Assembly (NCBI GenBank): GCA_036676495.1
Contig: JAKFCT010000059.1
Span: 39,476 to 103,475, forward strand
DNA length: 64,000 nucleotides
DNA from: Candidatus Sericytochromatia bacterium
GTDB taxonomy: Bacteria; Cyanobacteriota; Sericytochromatia; S15B-MN24; UBA4093
Direction: 5' to 3'
Shown: positions 1 to 9,297 of the stretch, piece by piece
Numbering within the stretch: the first letter of the stretch is position 1
How the letters are laid out: each line of letters opens with the position of its first letter
Made by a program: the position numbers and the translations under genes
Notes under the pieces: generated by a model
The model's database searches: none
Told to the model about the DNA's origin: nothing
The model's input: the letters and a program-made list of their open reading frames with translations, nothing else

Positions 1-252
1 ACCAAGGTCCGTCAGAAGCTCGCCACGGATCCGCGGGTGGGGTTGACGGATATCTTGATCCACATTCCGGAGGCGGGCCATGTGGTGGTCTCGGGGTTCG
101 TCTCGACGAGCGAGCAGCAAGAGGCGATCACGCAGGCCCTCACGGAGATGCCCGAGATCACGCGGGTCAGCAACCGGACGCAGGTCCGACAGGTCCGGCC
201 CACCCATCAATCGGAGATCATCGGGAAGGGGACGCCGGGAGGGGAACCATGA
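1..252 (+). CDS. BON-domain protein (5' partial)
   Basis: Frame open from base 1: VRQKLATDPRVGLTDILIH...GHVVVSGFVSTSEQQEAITQALTEMPEITRVSNRTQV, a BON-like pattern; stop overlaps next ATG. Confidence 0.7.
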   Translation, partial: TKVRQKLATDPRVGLTDILIHIPEAGHVVVSGFVSTSEQQEAITQALTEMPEITRVSNRTQVRQVRPTHQSEIIGKGTPGGEP

Positions 253-983
253 TCCGAATTGCGGCGGTGGGCGACCTTCACCTCACCGTCCACGGCCGAG
301 GGAAGATTCGCCCGCAGTTCGAGAGCCTCAGCCAGGAGGCCGATCTCTTGCTCTTGGCCGGAGACTTGACGAACTGGGGGAAGGCCGAGGAGGCCGAGGT
401 CCTCGTCGAAGAGCTTTCGGACGTCTCGATCCCGAAGATCGCTACCCTGGGCAACCACGACTACCACAGCGAAGGCCCGGACATGGTCCGATCCATCCTG
501 GAGGAGGCGGGGATCACCGTGCTCGAGAACGAATCGACCGTCATCACGGTCGGCGACGAGACGGTGGGAATCGTCGGCGGGAAGGGCTTCGGAGGAGGAT
601 TCGGGACGACCTGCCTGAGTCCGTTCGGCGAGCGCGAGATCCGCGATTTCCTCAAGAGCACCTATGCCTGCGCCGAAGCCCTGGGCCAAGGGCTCTCCGA
701 GTTGCAGACCGATTACCGCCTGGTCCTGCTTCACTACTCCCCGGCGGTGGAGACCCTCAAGGGCGAGCCGGTGGCAATCTACCCCTTCCTCGGAAGCTCG
801 ATTATGGGGGAGCCGATTGACGCGCACGGGGCCGATCTCGTCCTGCATGGCCACGCGCACAAGGGAACGGAGCACGGCCAGACCGCCGGCGGCATCCCGG
901 TCCGCAACGTCTCGCTTCCCGTGATCTGCGAATCCTACGCCCTCTACCAGCTCGAGCAGAAGGCCCGCGCGCTCACGCATTGA
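249..983 (+). CDS. Calcineurin-like metallophosphoesterase
   Basis: Motifs GDLH, AGDL, GNHD, LLHY, HGHAH. Confidence 0.9.
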   Translation: MIRIAAVGDLHLTVHGRGKIRPQFESLSQEADLLLLAGDLTNWGKAEEAEVLVEELSDVSIPKIATLGNHDYHSEGPDMVRSILEEAGITVLENESTVITVGDETVGIVGGKGFGGGFGTTCLSPFGEREIRDFLKSTYACAEALGQGLSELQTDYRLVLLHYSPAVETLKGEPVAIYPFLGSSIMGEPIDAHGADLVLHGHAHKGTEHGQTAGGIPVRNVSLPVICESYALYQLEQKARALTH

Positions 984-1111
984 TCCCCGCCCCCCGGGAT
1001 GGTAGCCTATTAAGACTGCCTCACGAATTCCGACGAGCCGCGGGCGCCCAGCCCTCATGGTTCCTCGGTCTCGAGGGTGAGGCAACGAGGCCCCCTGAAG
1101 AGAGGACCGTT

Positions 1112-1363
1112 ATGGCTACCTGCCCCGAATGTTCCACCCAACTCCCCCCGGAGGTCGTCGTCTGCACCGAGTGTGGGGCGTCCATCCCGGCCCAGAAAGC
1201 TCCCAAGCCCGTCCCCAAGGGAGCGAGTCCCCACCCCGCCGACCGCCTCGCCGAAACCATGCTGCGAGGGGCCTCCGTGCTGATGATCATCGTCCTGGTG
1301 GCCCTGGTCGCCTTCGTCGGTTGGTCGATCATCAGTCAGGGTATCGAGTCGGGGGCTCCTTGA
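1112..1363 (+). CDS. Small zinc-ribbon membrane protein
   Basis: RBS AGAGGA then ATG 1112; CPEC...CTECG plus C-terminal TM helix. Confidence 0.75.
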   Translation: MATCPECSTQLPPEVVVCTECGASIPAQKAPKPVPKGASPHPADRLAETMLRGASVLMIIVLVALVAFVGWSIISQGIESGAP

Positions 1364-1944
1364 CCCTTCGAAACCTCCTTCCCGGCGCCCTTTGGCTCGG
1401 TTTCGCCCTGGGATCCGGGACGGCCTTCCTGCGTCATGGCTCGTACCTGAGCCTGTCGATGGCGGCGGTGAACCTGTTCATCGCCGCCCTCTTCCTCTTT
1501 CGCCGCCCGGATGCCACTCCGGCCGGCCATGCGAGCCTGGCCGCTTCTGCCCTGGCCTGGATCGGCACCTTCCTGCCCTTCTTCCTGCGCCCGCAGGGAA
1601 CCCTCTCCCCGCTCCCCCTGACCTTGCAGATCGTCGGTGTGATCGGCATCGTCCTCTCCCTGACCGCCCTGGGCCGCGCGTTCGGAGTCAGCCCCGCCCG
1701 CCGAGGCGTCGTCACGCACGGCCTCTACGCCTGGGTGCGCCATCCTCTCTACGCAGCCGAACTCCTCTACTTCCTGGGGGTGGTGATCGCCGCGCCGATT
1801 CCCTCCAACCTCGTCGTCTGGGGGGCGCTGGCCCTGGTTCAATGGCGCCGCGCCAATAACGAGGAGCGCTGCCTCGAGGCCGAGGACTCCTATCGGGCTT
1901 ACCTCGGGGCCGTTCGCTACCGCTTCCTGCCGGGACTCCTGTAA
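1360..1944 (+). CDS. Isoprenylcysteine carboxyl methyltransferase (ICMT/PEMT) family membrane protein
   Basis: TTG 1360 overlaps upstream stop; VVTHGLYAWVRHPLY...EERCL...YRAY...RFLPG signature. Confidence 0.85.
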   Translation: MTLRNLLPGALWLGFALGSGTAFLRHGSYLSLSMAAVNLFIAALFLFRRPDATPAGHASLAASALAWIGTFLPFFLRPQGTLSPLPLTLQIVGVIGIVLSLTALGRAFGVSPARRGVVTHGLYAWVRHPLYAAELLYFLGVVIAAPIPSNLVVWGALALVQWRRANNEERCLEAEDSYRAYLGAVRYRFLPGLL

Positions 1945-1950
1945 AAATAA

Positions 1951-1974
1951 CGCCCCCCCGAAAAGGGGGGGGCG
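1951..1974. terminator. Intrinsic terminator hairpin between convergent genes
   Basis: CGCCCCCCC-GAAAA-GGGGGGGGCG. Confidence 0.7.
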
Positions 1975-2033
1975 CCGCCTCTTGGGTTTCGGCATGGGAA
2001 GCGAGCCGCCGCTCTCTCAGTGCATGCCTCGTG

Positions 2034-2483
2034 CTACTTACGGGATGCCGGATGCGCGGTGGTCTTGGGCGACTCCGAGACGCGCTGAAGCACTTCCTCG
2101 GCGAGCCCCCGGATGCCCTTGGCTTCCGCCAGGTCTCCCAGGCTGAAGACTCCGACCAGCCGTTTTTGCTGATCCATCACGAGCATCCGCCGGATCTTGC
2201 GCTCCTCCATCACGGCGATCGCATCCTTGATGTCTTGATCCTGCTGGATCCAGCAGACATCCATCGACATGCAGTCGCGCACCGTGGCCTGAGCCGTATT
2301 CACTCCCTGGCAAAGGGATCTCACCACCATGTCGCGGTCGGTGATGACGCCGGTGATGCGATCGCCGTCGCAGACCGGGATGAAGCCCGTGTCGTTGTCC
2401 CGCATCATGCAGGCGACATCCTTCAAGGTCGAGTCGGGTGTGCAGAGTTTCGGGTTGGCCGTCATAACGTCGCGGATCTTCAT
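2034..2483 (-). CDS. CBS-pair domain protein
   Basis: MKIRDVMT...IPVCDGDRITGVITDRD...LVGVFSLGDLA; RBS AAAGGGGA. Confidence 0.9.
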   Translation of the reverse strand: MKIRDVMTANPKLCTPDSTLKDVACMMRDNDTGFIPVCDGDRITGVITDRDMVVRSLCQGVNTAQATVRDCMSMDVCWIQQDQDIKDAIAVMEERKIRRMLVMDQQKRLVGVFSLGDLAEAKGIRGLAEEVLQRVSESPKTTAHPASRK

Positions 2484-2588
2484 GAATTCCCCCTTTCGCT
2501 CCGGGGCGACATGCCCCTCCCCCATGAACGCACAGCCGCGCCGAACCGGCAGCAAGCGGCAGTCACGAGGTTGCGGGGAAAGTCTTGT

Positions 2589-4889
2589 CTAAGATTCGCT
2601 TGGCCGTCGCTTGGGAGACCAGTAGTTCCAGTCCCCGAGCACCACCATGGCCGCCGGCAAGAGCAAGAGCCGGACGATGGTCGCGTCGATGAGGATGGCC
2701 ACCGAGAGCGCCAGCCCGATCTCCTTCATGAGCCCGAAGTCCGCGAAGAGGTAGGCCGCGAAGACGCTCAACAGGATCAACGCCCCTCCCAGCACCACCC
2801 GGCCGGTATGGGTGACGCCCTCGGTCACCGCCTGGCGGTTGTCGCCCGTGCGGTCGTAGGCCTCCCGGATGCGGCTCAGGATCATGACCTCGTAGTCCAT
2901 GCTGATGGCGTAGAGCACCGTCAAGAGGATGGTCGGAGTGAAGAGCATCACGTAGCCGTTGGCCGTTGCGCCGATCAGGGATGCGCCCCAGCCCCACTGG
3001 AAAACCATCACCACCACTCCGAAGGCGGCCAGGATGGGAAGCAGGTTGGTGAGGATGGCCTTGACCGGCAGGACCGCCGAACGCAGGAGGCGGGCCAGCA
3101 AGAGACCGATCGCCAGGAAGTTCAAGCCCAGCATGACGGGCATGGCCTGGCTGAAGGCCTCGTAGACGTCCACGAACTTGGCCTGCTGCCCTCCGATCGA
3201 GATCTGGGCATCCAGGGCCGCGGCGTGCTCCGGGAAGATCGTCTGGCGCAATTCTTCGACCAGGATCCGGGCCTCGTCGGAATCCGGCGAGGTCGACGGG
3301 GCGATGCGCAATACCGTGGCGCTGGCGCCCTCCGAACCGTTGATCAAGGGCGTCGCCACGGCTCCCCGGGTGAAGGGGTTCATGTAGAGGGCCATGTACT
3401 GCCGGAGGGTGAAGTCGTCCCGGAAGCTGACCATGGAGTCGACCTTGGCGATGCGCGGATCCTGCTGCAACCGTCCCACCAGCCGGTCCAGTTCGGTGAG
3501 GAAGGCGGGCGTGTAGACTCCGGCGGACCGGCCGGTCTCCACCACCACCATGAGGGGGCTGATTTGCCCCGGCTGGTGGTGCTCGGTGAGCCAGGCGACC
3601 CCGCGGGCGGATTCCAGGTGCTTGGGGATCAGCGAGACCGTCGGAGACCAGAAGCGGCTCTGCAGGACTGGAACGGCCAGGGCGCCCAGGAAGATCATGC
3701 AGCCGAGGAGGACGGGAATCGGCCGGGCGACCACCCGGGAGACGAAGCCGGACCAGCGGGAATCCGACTCCCGGAGCCGGAAGCGGTTGCGCAGGAGGCC
3801 GTGGGCGCTCCAGCGGCGATCGCAGAGCACGATCAGCGCCGGGATGAAGGTCATGGTGACCAGCCAGGACAGGGCGACCGTGGCCGAGGCGTTGATGGCC
3901 GCGGGCCGCAGGCCGTAGACGTCCACCGTGGCCATGCAGGCGGCGGCGGCCATGACCACGCCGCCGCTGGCCAAGAGCGCCTTGCCGGTCGTCCGGGCCA
4001 TCTCCTCGAGCGCGAAGCGCAGGCTGCGGCCCTTGTCGAGCTCCTCCCGCAGGCGGGCGATCATGAAGAGCGGGTAGTCGATGCCGAGCGCCAGGGCCAG
4101 GACGGCCGTCAGGAGCTGGTTGATGGTGGAGGTCTCGAAGACCATGGCCAGCAGGATCAGGACGCCGTTGGAGACGGCCAGCACCAGGGCCCCCGAGATC
4201 AGGGGCAGGAGGGCGGGGAACCAGCCCCCGAAGACGTAGAGCAGGACGAAGAGCGAAAGGACCAGGCCGATCTTCTCGACCTTGGCGATCTCGGCGGTGA
4301 CGTGCGTGTAGGCGTCGTAGGAGACCGAGATCTCCCCGGTGAGCGCCGTCGCGACTCCTTCTGGGGCCTGGGCCGCCTCAATCCGTTGTCTGAGCTGGGG
4401 GACCAGCTTGGTCTGGTCCAGGGGCACCGATTTGAAGATGAGCAGCAAGGCTGAGGTCGAGTCGTCGAGATGGCCTTGCTTGCCCAGCTCGTCGGGAAGC
4501 AGGATGCGATCCACCGCGTCCACCGTGGAGAGCGATTGCTTCAGGCGGGCATAGTACGCCTCCGGCACGGTGACTCCCGGATGGCGGAGCATGACCAGCG
4601 CGTTGACTGCGGTCATCTCGGGGAACTGTTCCTTGAGGACGATGTCGACCTGGGAGGATTCGCTGCCCTGGGGGCCCGAGAAGTTGTTGGTGGCGAGCGA
4701 ACCGAGGTTTCCGGCCCCCAGGATGCCGCCCATGACCAGCACGGCCCACAGCGCCAGGGTCAGGACGGGGTGGGCGATCGCGCCGCGGATGAGGCCGACC
4801 AGGAGGATCTCGATGCGGCCCAGGGGGCGATCCGGCGGGGGATCGGCGGAGGGGCCGTGACCGGGGCGGACGCCGGGATCCTTCAACAC
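2589..4889 (-). CDS. MMPL family (RND-like) transporter
   Basis: Two repeats of TM bundles, ALGIDYPLF and AISMDYEVMILSRIREAY, DATIVRLLLLPA. Confidence 0.92.
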   Translation of the reverse strand: MLKDPGVRPGHGPSADPPPDRPLGRIEILLVGLIRGAIAHPVLTLALWAVLVMGGILGAGNLGSLATNNFSGPQGSESSQVDIVLKEQFPEMTAVNALVMLRHPGVTVPEAYYARLKQSLSTVDAVDRILLPDELGKQGHLDDSTSALLLIFKSVPLDQTKLVPQLRQRIEAAQAPEGVATALTGEISVSYDAYTHVTAEIAKVEKIGLVLSLFVLLYVFGGWFPALLPLISGALVLAVSNGVLILLAMVFETSTINQLLTAVLALALGIDYPLFMIARLREELDKGRSLRFALEEMARTTGKALLASGGVVMAAAACMATVDVYGLRPAAINASATVALSWLVTMTFIPALIVLCDRRWSAHGLLRNRFRLRESDSRWSGFVSRVVARPIPVLLGCMIFLGALAVPVLQSRFWSPTVSLIPKHLESARGVAWLTEHHQPGQISPLMVVVETGRSAGVYTPAFLTELDRLVGRLQQDPRIAKVDSMVSFRDDFTLRQYMALYMNPFTRGAVATPLINGSEGASATVLRIAPSTSPDSDEARILVEELRQTIFPEHAAALDAQISIGGQQAKFVDVYEAFSQAMPVMLGLNFLAIGLLLARLLRSAVLPVKAILTNLLPILAAFGVVVMVFQWGWGASLIGATANGYVMLFTPTILLTVLYAISMDYEVMILSRIREAYDRTGDNRQAVTEGVTHTGRVVLGGALILLSVFAAYLFADFGLMKEIGLALSVAILIDATIVRLLLLPAAMVVLGDWNYWSPKRRPSES

Positions 4890-5004
4890 TGGGGGGCTCC
4901 TAGAAAGGGGGCTTCCGGGCGATCGCCCGGTAAAGGGATAGGCTCGGTATTATAACACCTTCGGCCTCTCCCTGAGGCAGGCGGCCGAGTGCTTTGAGAA
5001 TCGT

Positions 5005-5065
5005 TAGAGCGATCGTCGTTGCTTCAGGACAGCTACGCTTTCCCAATCCTAGCCGCAGGCGCTAG
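5005..5065 (+). repeat. Dispersed structured intergenic repeat, copy 1
   Basis: TAGAGCGATCGTCGTTGCTTCAGGACAGCTACGCT...AGCCGCAGGCGCTAG; matches 11668-11729 and 17430-17536(-). Confidence 0.8.
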
Positions 5066-5103
5066 GCCGAGGCCTGGAGGCCCGCCGTGATCCCCCATGA
5101 CAC

Positions 5104-5137
5104 GAAGGGTGTCCCGGCCATGGCCGGGACACCCTTC
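5104..5137 (-). terminator. Perfect 34-bp palindrome just 3' of tRNA-Ser
   Basis: GAAGGGTGTCCCGGCCA|TGGCCGGGACACCCTTC; no U-tract. Confidence 0.6.
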
Positions 5138-5140
5138 TAG

Positions 5141-5227
5141 CGGAGGAGGTGGGATTCGAACCCACGGTACGCGTGAACGTACGCTTGTTTTCAAGACAAG
5201 AGCCTTAAACCGCTCGGCCACTCCTCC
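5141..5227 (-). tRNA. tRNA-Ser (anticodon TGA), CCA not encoded
   Basis: GGAGGAGTGGCCGAGCGGTTTAAGGC-TCTTGTCT-TGA-AAACAAG, long variable arm, GGGTTCGAATCCC, ACCTCCTCCG. Confidence 0.97.
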
Positions 5228-5302
5228 CGGTCCCCGCGCGCTGACTGGCGATCAACGAGCCGTCGCGCAAGGCCCCCAGTTTAACAAACCGGGATCCGGG
5301 CG

Positions 5303-6322
5303 TCAAACTCCGATCTTGAACCCGAAGACGCCGATCAGGAAGACCAGGTAGAAGGCGCCTCCTGCCAGCAGGATGAAGGGGTTGAGCGTGCCCGTCCGCT
5401 TGATCTGCAGCCAGAGCAAGGCGGCGGAGGCAACGGCGAGGGCAGCCGAGAAGAGCGACGTGATGTCGAGGCTCCAGGGGGTCAGCCAGAGGCCCACCGC
5501 GGGGGGGATGCAGCTCTGGAAGACCATCGCTCCCGAGACGTTGCCCAGCGCCAGGGTGTCCTTCTTGACGCGCACCCAGAGCACGGAGTTGAACTTCTCG
5601 GGAAGCTCGGTGGCGATCGGGGTGATGATCAGCGAGAGGATCAGGGCCGGAAGTCCGAAGAGATCGGCCAGGTGCTCCACCTGGTGGATGAAGAAGTGGG
5701 CGCCGACGACGATCCCGATCAGCGCGGCCACGACCTGGGCCATGACGATGGGCATGCCCGGGGCCTCGCGCCGGGGAGCGAAGTAGAGCGGAGCGATGTT
5801 CTCCCCGACCTCGCCCGGGTGCTTCAGCGTCTCCCAGACGTACCAGCCGTAGAGGGCCAGCAGCACGAAGCCGCCCGCCACCTTGACGCCGTGGCTGGGG
5901 ATGAACGTCGCGAGGATGGCCGCTGAGTAGGTGATGATGAAGAAGCGCAGGTCGCGCAGCATCACGCCGGCGTCGACGGTCATCTGCTCCGTGCGGCGGC
6001 CCTGGCGGACGAAGACGATGATGGCGGCGCCGATCACGAACATCGCCAGCGTGGCGAGCATGAACGGAGCGCCGACGATGGCGCCGATACCGATGTCGGT
6101 GCCGGCCACGTTGCCGCTGCGCCAGGCCCCGACGATGGCGATGATCGGGATGATGGTCTCGGGCAGGGCCGTCCCGACCGCCGCGAGCACCGAGCCCACC
6201 GCTCCTTCCGAGAGGTTCAGCTTCTTGCCGACCCACTCGATCGAGTTGACGAAGGCCTCGCAGGCCAGGATGATGCCCGCAATCGAGAGCAAGGCATAAA
6301 GAATGGTCAGAAACAGGTCCAT
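5303..6322 (-). CDS. Sodium:calcium exchanger (CaCA) family antiporter, probably Mn2+ efflux
   Basis: Alpha repeats AVGTALPE and PIATELPE, GNVSGA; ATG 6322 after GAGGA; riboswitch upstream. Confidence 0.88.
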   Translation of the reverse strand: MDLFLTILYALLSIAGIILACEAFVNSIEWVGKKLNLSEGAVGSVLAAVGTALPETIIPIIAIVGAWRSGNVAGTDIGIGAIVGAPFMLATLAMFVIGAAIIVFVRQGRRTEQMTVDAGVMLRDLRFFIITYSAAILATFIPSHGVKVAGGFVLLALYGWYVWETLKHPGEVGENIAPLYFAPRREAPGMPIVMAQVVAALIGIVVGAHFFIHQVEHLADLFGLPALILSLIITPIATELPEKFNSVLWVRVKKDTLALGNVSGAMVFQSCIPPAVGLWLTPWSLDITSLFSAALAVASAALLWLQIKRTGTLNPFILLAGGAFYLVFLIGVFGFKIGV

Positions 6323-6335
6323 GAAATTCCTCAAC

Positions 6336-6482
6336 AAAAAAAACGGGAGCAAGACATTCACCCGCAGTGCGGGCGAAGGTCTTGCTCCCGAGTCGAGTGG
6401 ACAGGGCGGCGGACCGAGAACCAAGTGGTTCTGGGAATGGCGATCCGGCCGTCGGGATGAATCCCGAAGCTACTCCCCTTCA
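6336..6482 (-). promoter_or_regulatory. yybP-ykoY (Mn2+) riboswitch with overlapping intrinsic terminator
   Basis: Minus strand AAGGGGAGTAGC...GCAAGACCTT aptamer ends; terminator CGGGAGCAAGAC/GTCTTGCTCCCG followed by T8 shares the aptamer 3' strand. Confidence 0.88.
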
Positions 6483-6543
6483 GCTGATCCCAGCGTAACA
6501 AAGGCCATCCGTCGCGTCAAGCCAAGCGAACGGCGTCGGAGCG

Positions 6544-8463
6544 TCAGGACCCGGGAGGGGGGGCGGCCGTCATCTCCGTGAGGAAGCGCGAGGGCACCAT
6601 GGTTTGCTTCTGGCCGAAGCGCTTGCGCTCCCGGACGTAAGAGAGCTGGAGGAAGCGCTTGGCCCGCGTGATGGCCACGTAGCAGAGACGCCGCTCCTCG
6701 GAGAGCTCTCCGTCGTCCAGGGCAATCTGGTAGGGGAGCGTCCCTTCCTCCATGCCGATCACGAAGACCGCCTCCCATTCCAGGCCCTTGCTGGCGTGAA
6801 TGGAGAGCAGCTGGACCGCTTCGGTCTTCTTGGTCTTGCGCGGGCGGGTCTGGTTCTCGACCTGCCGGAAGAGCTCGTAGAGGGATTGCGGGTTCCAGCG
6901 CTTGATTTGCTCGTGAAGGGTGCTGAGAGTGTCCAGCTTTTGGCGGGCGCGCTCGCCTTTCGTCCCCTCCAGGCTGCGCTTGTAGCCGGTTTCCTGCAGG
7001 ATCCGCATGGTGAGCTCGGCAGGCGCCAGGCCGGATTTCCTCCAGCCCATGACCATCGCGACCGCGTGCTGGACCAGGCTGCGCTGCTGCAAGGTCGAAA
7101 GCGGGATGCGCTGCACCCGGCAGGCGGCTTCCCAGAGGCTGATCTCCTCGCGCTCGGACTCGACCTTGAGCATGGAGAGGCTCTCCTTGGTGACGCCGAC
7201 CCGGCGGACCAGGTTCTCGAAGGCCACGTCCGCCAAGGGATGCGGCTTGGGCAGGGCCAGGCGCAGGAAGTTGAGCATGTCGACGATCTCGGCCTGCTCC
7301 CAGAAACTGCCGCTCGATTTGACCACGTACGGAATCTCATGGGTGATGAGCTCTTCGATCACGATGGCCGACTGGGCATGCGTCCGGTAAAGGACGGCGA
7401 TCTCCTCGGGAGGCGTACCCTGGAGGATCAGGTCCTTGATCTGGGCGACGACTTCCTGGGCCTCGGCGAACTGGTCGGGGGCCTGGACTTGCCTCACCTT
7501 CTGCCCCTGGGACGTGCGGCAGGCTTCGATGGTCTTCTTGATTTGCTTGGCGTTGTGGGCGATCAAGCGGTTGGCGAGCTTGACGATGGCCGGGGCGGAA
7601 CGATAGTTCTTGGCCAGGAAGATGCTCTTGGCCTCGGGGTAGTCCCGGTTGAACGAGAGGATGTTGTCGAGATCCGCCGCTCGGAAGCCGTAGATGCCCT
7701 GGGCGTCGTCGCCGACGGCGAAGAGGTTGTTCTGGGGGGCCGACAAGAGCCGCAGGAGGGTGTACTGGGCCTTGTTGGTGTCCTGGTACTCGTCGACCAG
7801 GACATGGGTGTACTGGGTCTGGATCTCGGCGCGGACGTCGTCATGCAGCTGGAGCAGATCGATGGACAGGCGAATCTGGTCGTCGAAGTCGATGAGGTTC
7901 TGCTTGAGCAGGCGCTTCTGGTAGGAGGCGTAGAGAGCGGCCATGCGGCCCTCGTTGGGATCCGCCGAGATGCGCTTGACCTGGCTGGGACTGGTCATGG
8001 TGCTCTTGGACCAGGAAATATAGGCGGCCAGGTCCTCGAAGCGGATGTCCTCGGCGCCATGTTCGCGCAGCAGGACGTCGAAGATGGATCGCTGGGTGCT
8101 TTCCAGCAGCAGATGGGGCTTTGGCACGGTGAAGCCCAGCTTCTGGTAGCGGCCGTCGAGGAGTTTGAGGCCGAGGGAGTTGAAGGTGGCGGAGGTGAGC
8201 TTGCTTGCCGTTTCCTTGCCGACGAGCTTGGCGACGCGGGCGGTCATCTCGGTGGCGGCCTTCTTGGTGAAGGTGACGGCCAGGATGCTCTCGGGCTTCA
8301 CCCCGTTCTGGATCAGGTAGGCGAGCCGGCGCGTGAGCACGGTGGTCTTGCCGGATCCGGGGGCGGCGACCACGAGGACGGGGCCGTAGAGCGTGGAGAC
8401 GGCGTCATGCTGCTCCGGGTTGAGGCCTTCGAGCAGGGGATTGGTAAAGCTGAGTTGGGACAT
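6544..8463 (-). CDS. UvrD/PcrA/Rep family ATP-dependent DNA helicase
   Basis: LNPEQ, AAPGSGKT, VDEYQDTN, VGDDAQGIYGFR, NYRS, HASKGLEW, EERRLCYVAITRAK; likely start MSQLSF at 8463. Confidence 0.93.
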   Translation of the reverse strand: MSQLSFTNPLLEGLNPEQHDAVSTLYGPVLVVAAPGSGKTTVLTRRLAYLIQNGVKPESILAVTFTKKAATEMTARVAKLVGKETASKLTSATFNSLGLKLLDGRYQKLGFTVPKPHLLLESTQRSIFDVLLREHGAEDIRFEDLAAYISWSKSTMTSPSQVKRISADPNEGRMAALYASYQKRLLKQNLIDFDDQIRLSIDLLQLHDDVRAEIQTQYTHVLVDEYQDTNKAQYTLLRLLSAPQNNLFAVGDDAQGIYGFRAADLDNILSFNRDYPEAKSIFLAKNYRSAPAIVKLANRLIAHNAKQIKKTIEACRTSQGQKVRQVQAPDQFAEAQEVVAQIKDLILQGTPPEEIAVLYRTHAQSAIVIEELITHEIPYVVKSSGSFWEQAEIVDMLNFLRLALPKPHPLADVAFENLVRRVGVTKESLSMLKVESEREEISLWEAACRVQRIPLSTLQQRSLVQHAVAMVMGWRKSGLAPAELTMRILQETGYKRSLEGTKGERARQKLDTLSTLHEQIKRWNPQSLYELFRQVENQTRPRKTKKTEAVQLLSIHASKGLEWEAVFVIGMEEGTLPYQIALDDGELSEERRLCYVAITRAKRFLQLSYVRERKRFGQKQTMVPSRFLTEMTAAPPPGS

Positions 8464-8525
8464 GAAGGTCACAGGAAGCGGGGTTGGGGCAGCCCGATCG
8501 TAGCACGATCGGCCTTGAAGGACAA

Positions 8526-8570
8526 CCCGCACCGCGGGTGCCCGCACCGCGGGGGCCCGCACCGTGGGGA
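8526..8570. repeat. 3 x 15-bp tandem palindromic repeat in divergent promoter region
   Basis: CCCGCACCGCGGGTG / CCCGCACCGCGGGGG / CCCGCACCGTGGGGA. Confidence 0.85.
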
Positions 8571-8653
8571 CCAGGACCCCATGGGCCCGGGGGCCGGGGG
8601 CCTGGCGTGATCGGGGCCTCGCTCCTTGGGGTACAATGCCCGCAGGAGGAGCC

Positions 8654-9091
8654 ATGATTCGCGTCGGAGACAATTCCCAGGACCCCAAGCTCATCTCGGC
8701 GCTGTCGGGGCTCACGCCTCGAAGCGGGGTGGAGCGGGCGTCGTTCGGCCAGCAGTTGCATGGAGCGCAGCAGTCGGCGACGGCGCAGACGCTGCAAGGG
8801 ATGATCGAGCGGATCGACGCCCAGGCGCAGCGGCTGTTGAAGCATCCGATCCCGGCGGAGGTCGCGGCGTATCGCGAGGCGGTGCGGCGCTTCATGAAGG
8901 AGGCGAACGAGCGTCTCGGCAAGGCGGAGAAGCGCTCTGACCGGCGCAACCGCACGCTGATCCTCCTGCGGGAGGTGGACGCCAAGCTCGCGAAGCTGGT
9001 GGAGGACGTCCTGGGGGGCCAGGTCGACTCCCTGGAGCTCGCCGCCTCGATCAACGAGCTGCGGGGCATGTTGATGGATCTCTTCATCTGA
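8654..9091 (+). CDS. YaaR/DUF327 family protein
   Basis: RBS AGGAGGAG; YREAVRRFMKE...EVDAKL...INELRGMLMDL pattern. Confidence 0.8.
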   Translation: MIRVGDNSQDPKLISALSGLTPRSGVERASFGQQLHGAQQSATAQTLQGMIERIDAQAQRLLKHPIPAEVAAYREAVRRFMKEANERLGKAEKRSDRRNRTLILLREVDAKLAKLVEDVLGGQVDSLELAASINELRGMLMDLFI

Positions 9092-9297
9092 CGACCATGG
9101 GTTAAGCCACTCAGGATCACGATTTTCGACCGTTCGCGGCGCTCGGAGCGCCGTCTTGAGCGGAACGATGTCAGAGCGCCGGCCTGTAATGGGCCGGCGC
9201 TCTCGTTCTCCGGAAAGTCCAAAATGTTGGACGATCCAGAATGCGATATTTGACTTATAATGGCAACGATCCCTCGGTTGCTATGTGAGAAGATGAT

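Noticed and set aside
2031-4454. 807-aa plus-strand ORF, and similar long ORFs at 6604-8610, 18090-20609, 27198-28571, 33332-34606, 48132-50261, 49790-51436, 62057-64000
   Set aside because: Antisense shadows of well-supported genes; stop-poor reverse frames are expected at this GC content and the translations have no motifs
4890-5227. Genomic island integrated at tRNA-Ser
   Set aside because: No integrase, no duplicated tRNA 3' end seen, no composition shift
8526-8570. CRISPR array
   Set aside because: 15-bp abutting units, no spacers, no cas genes in the window
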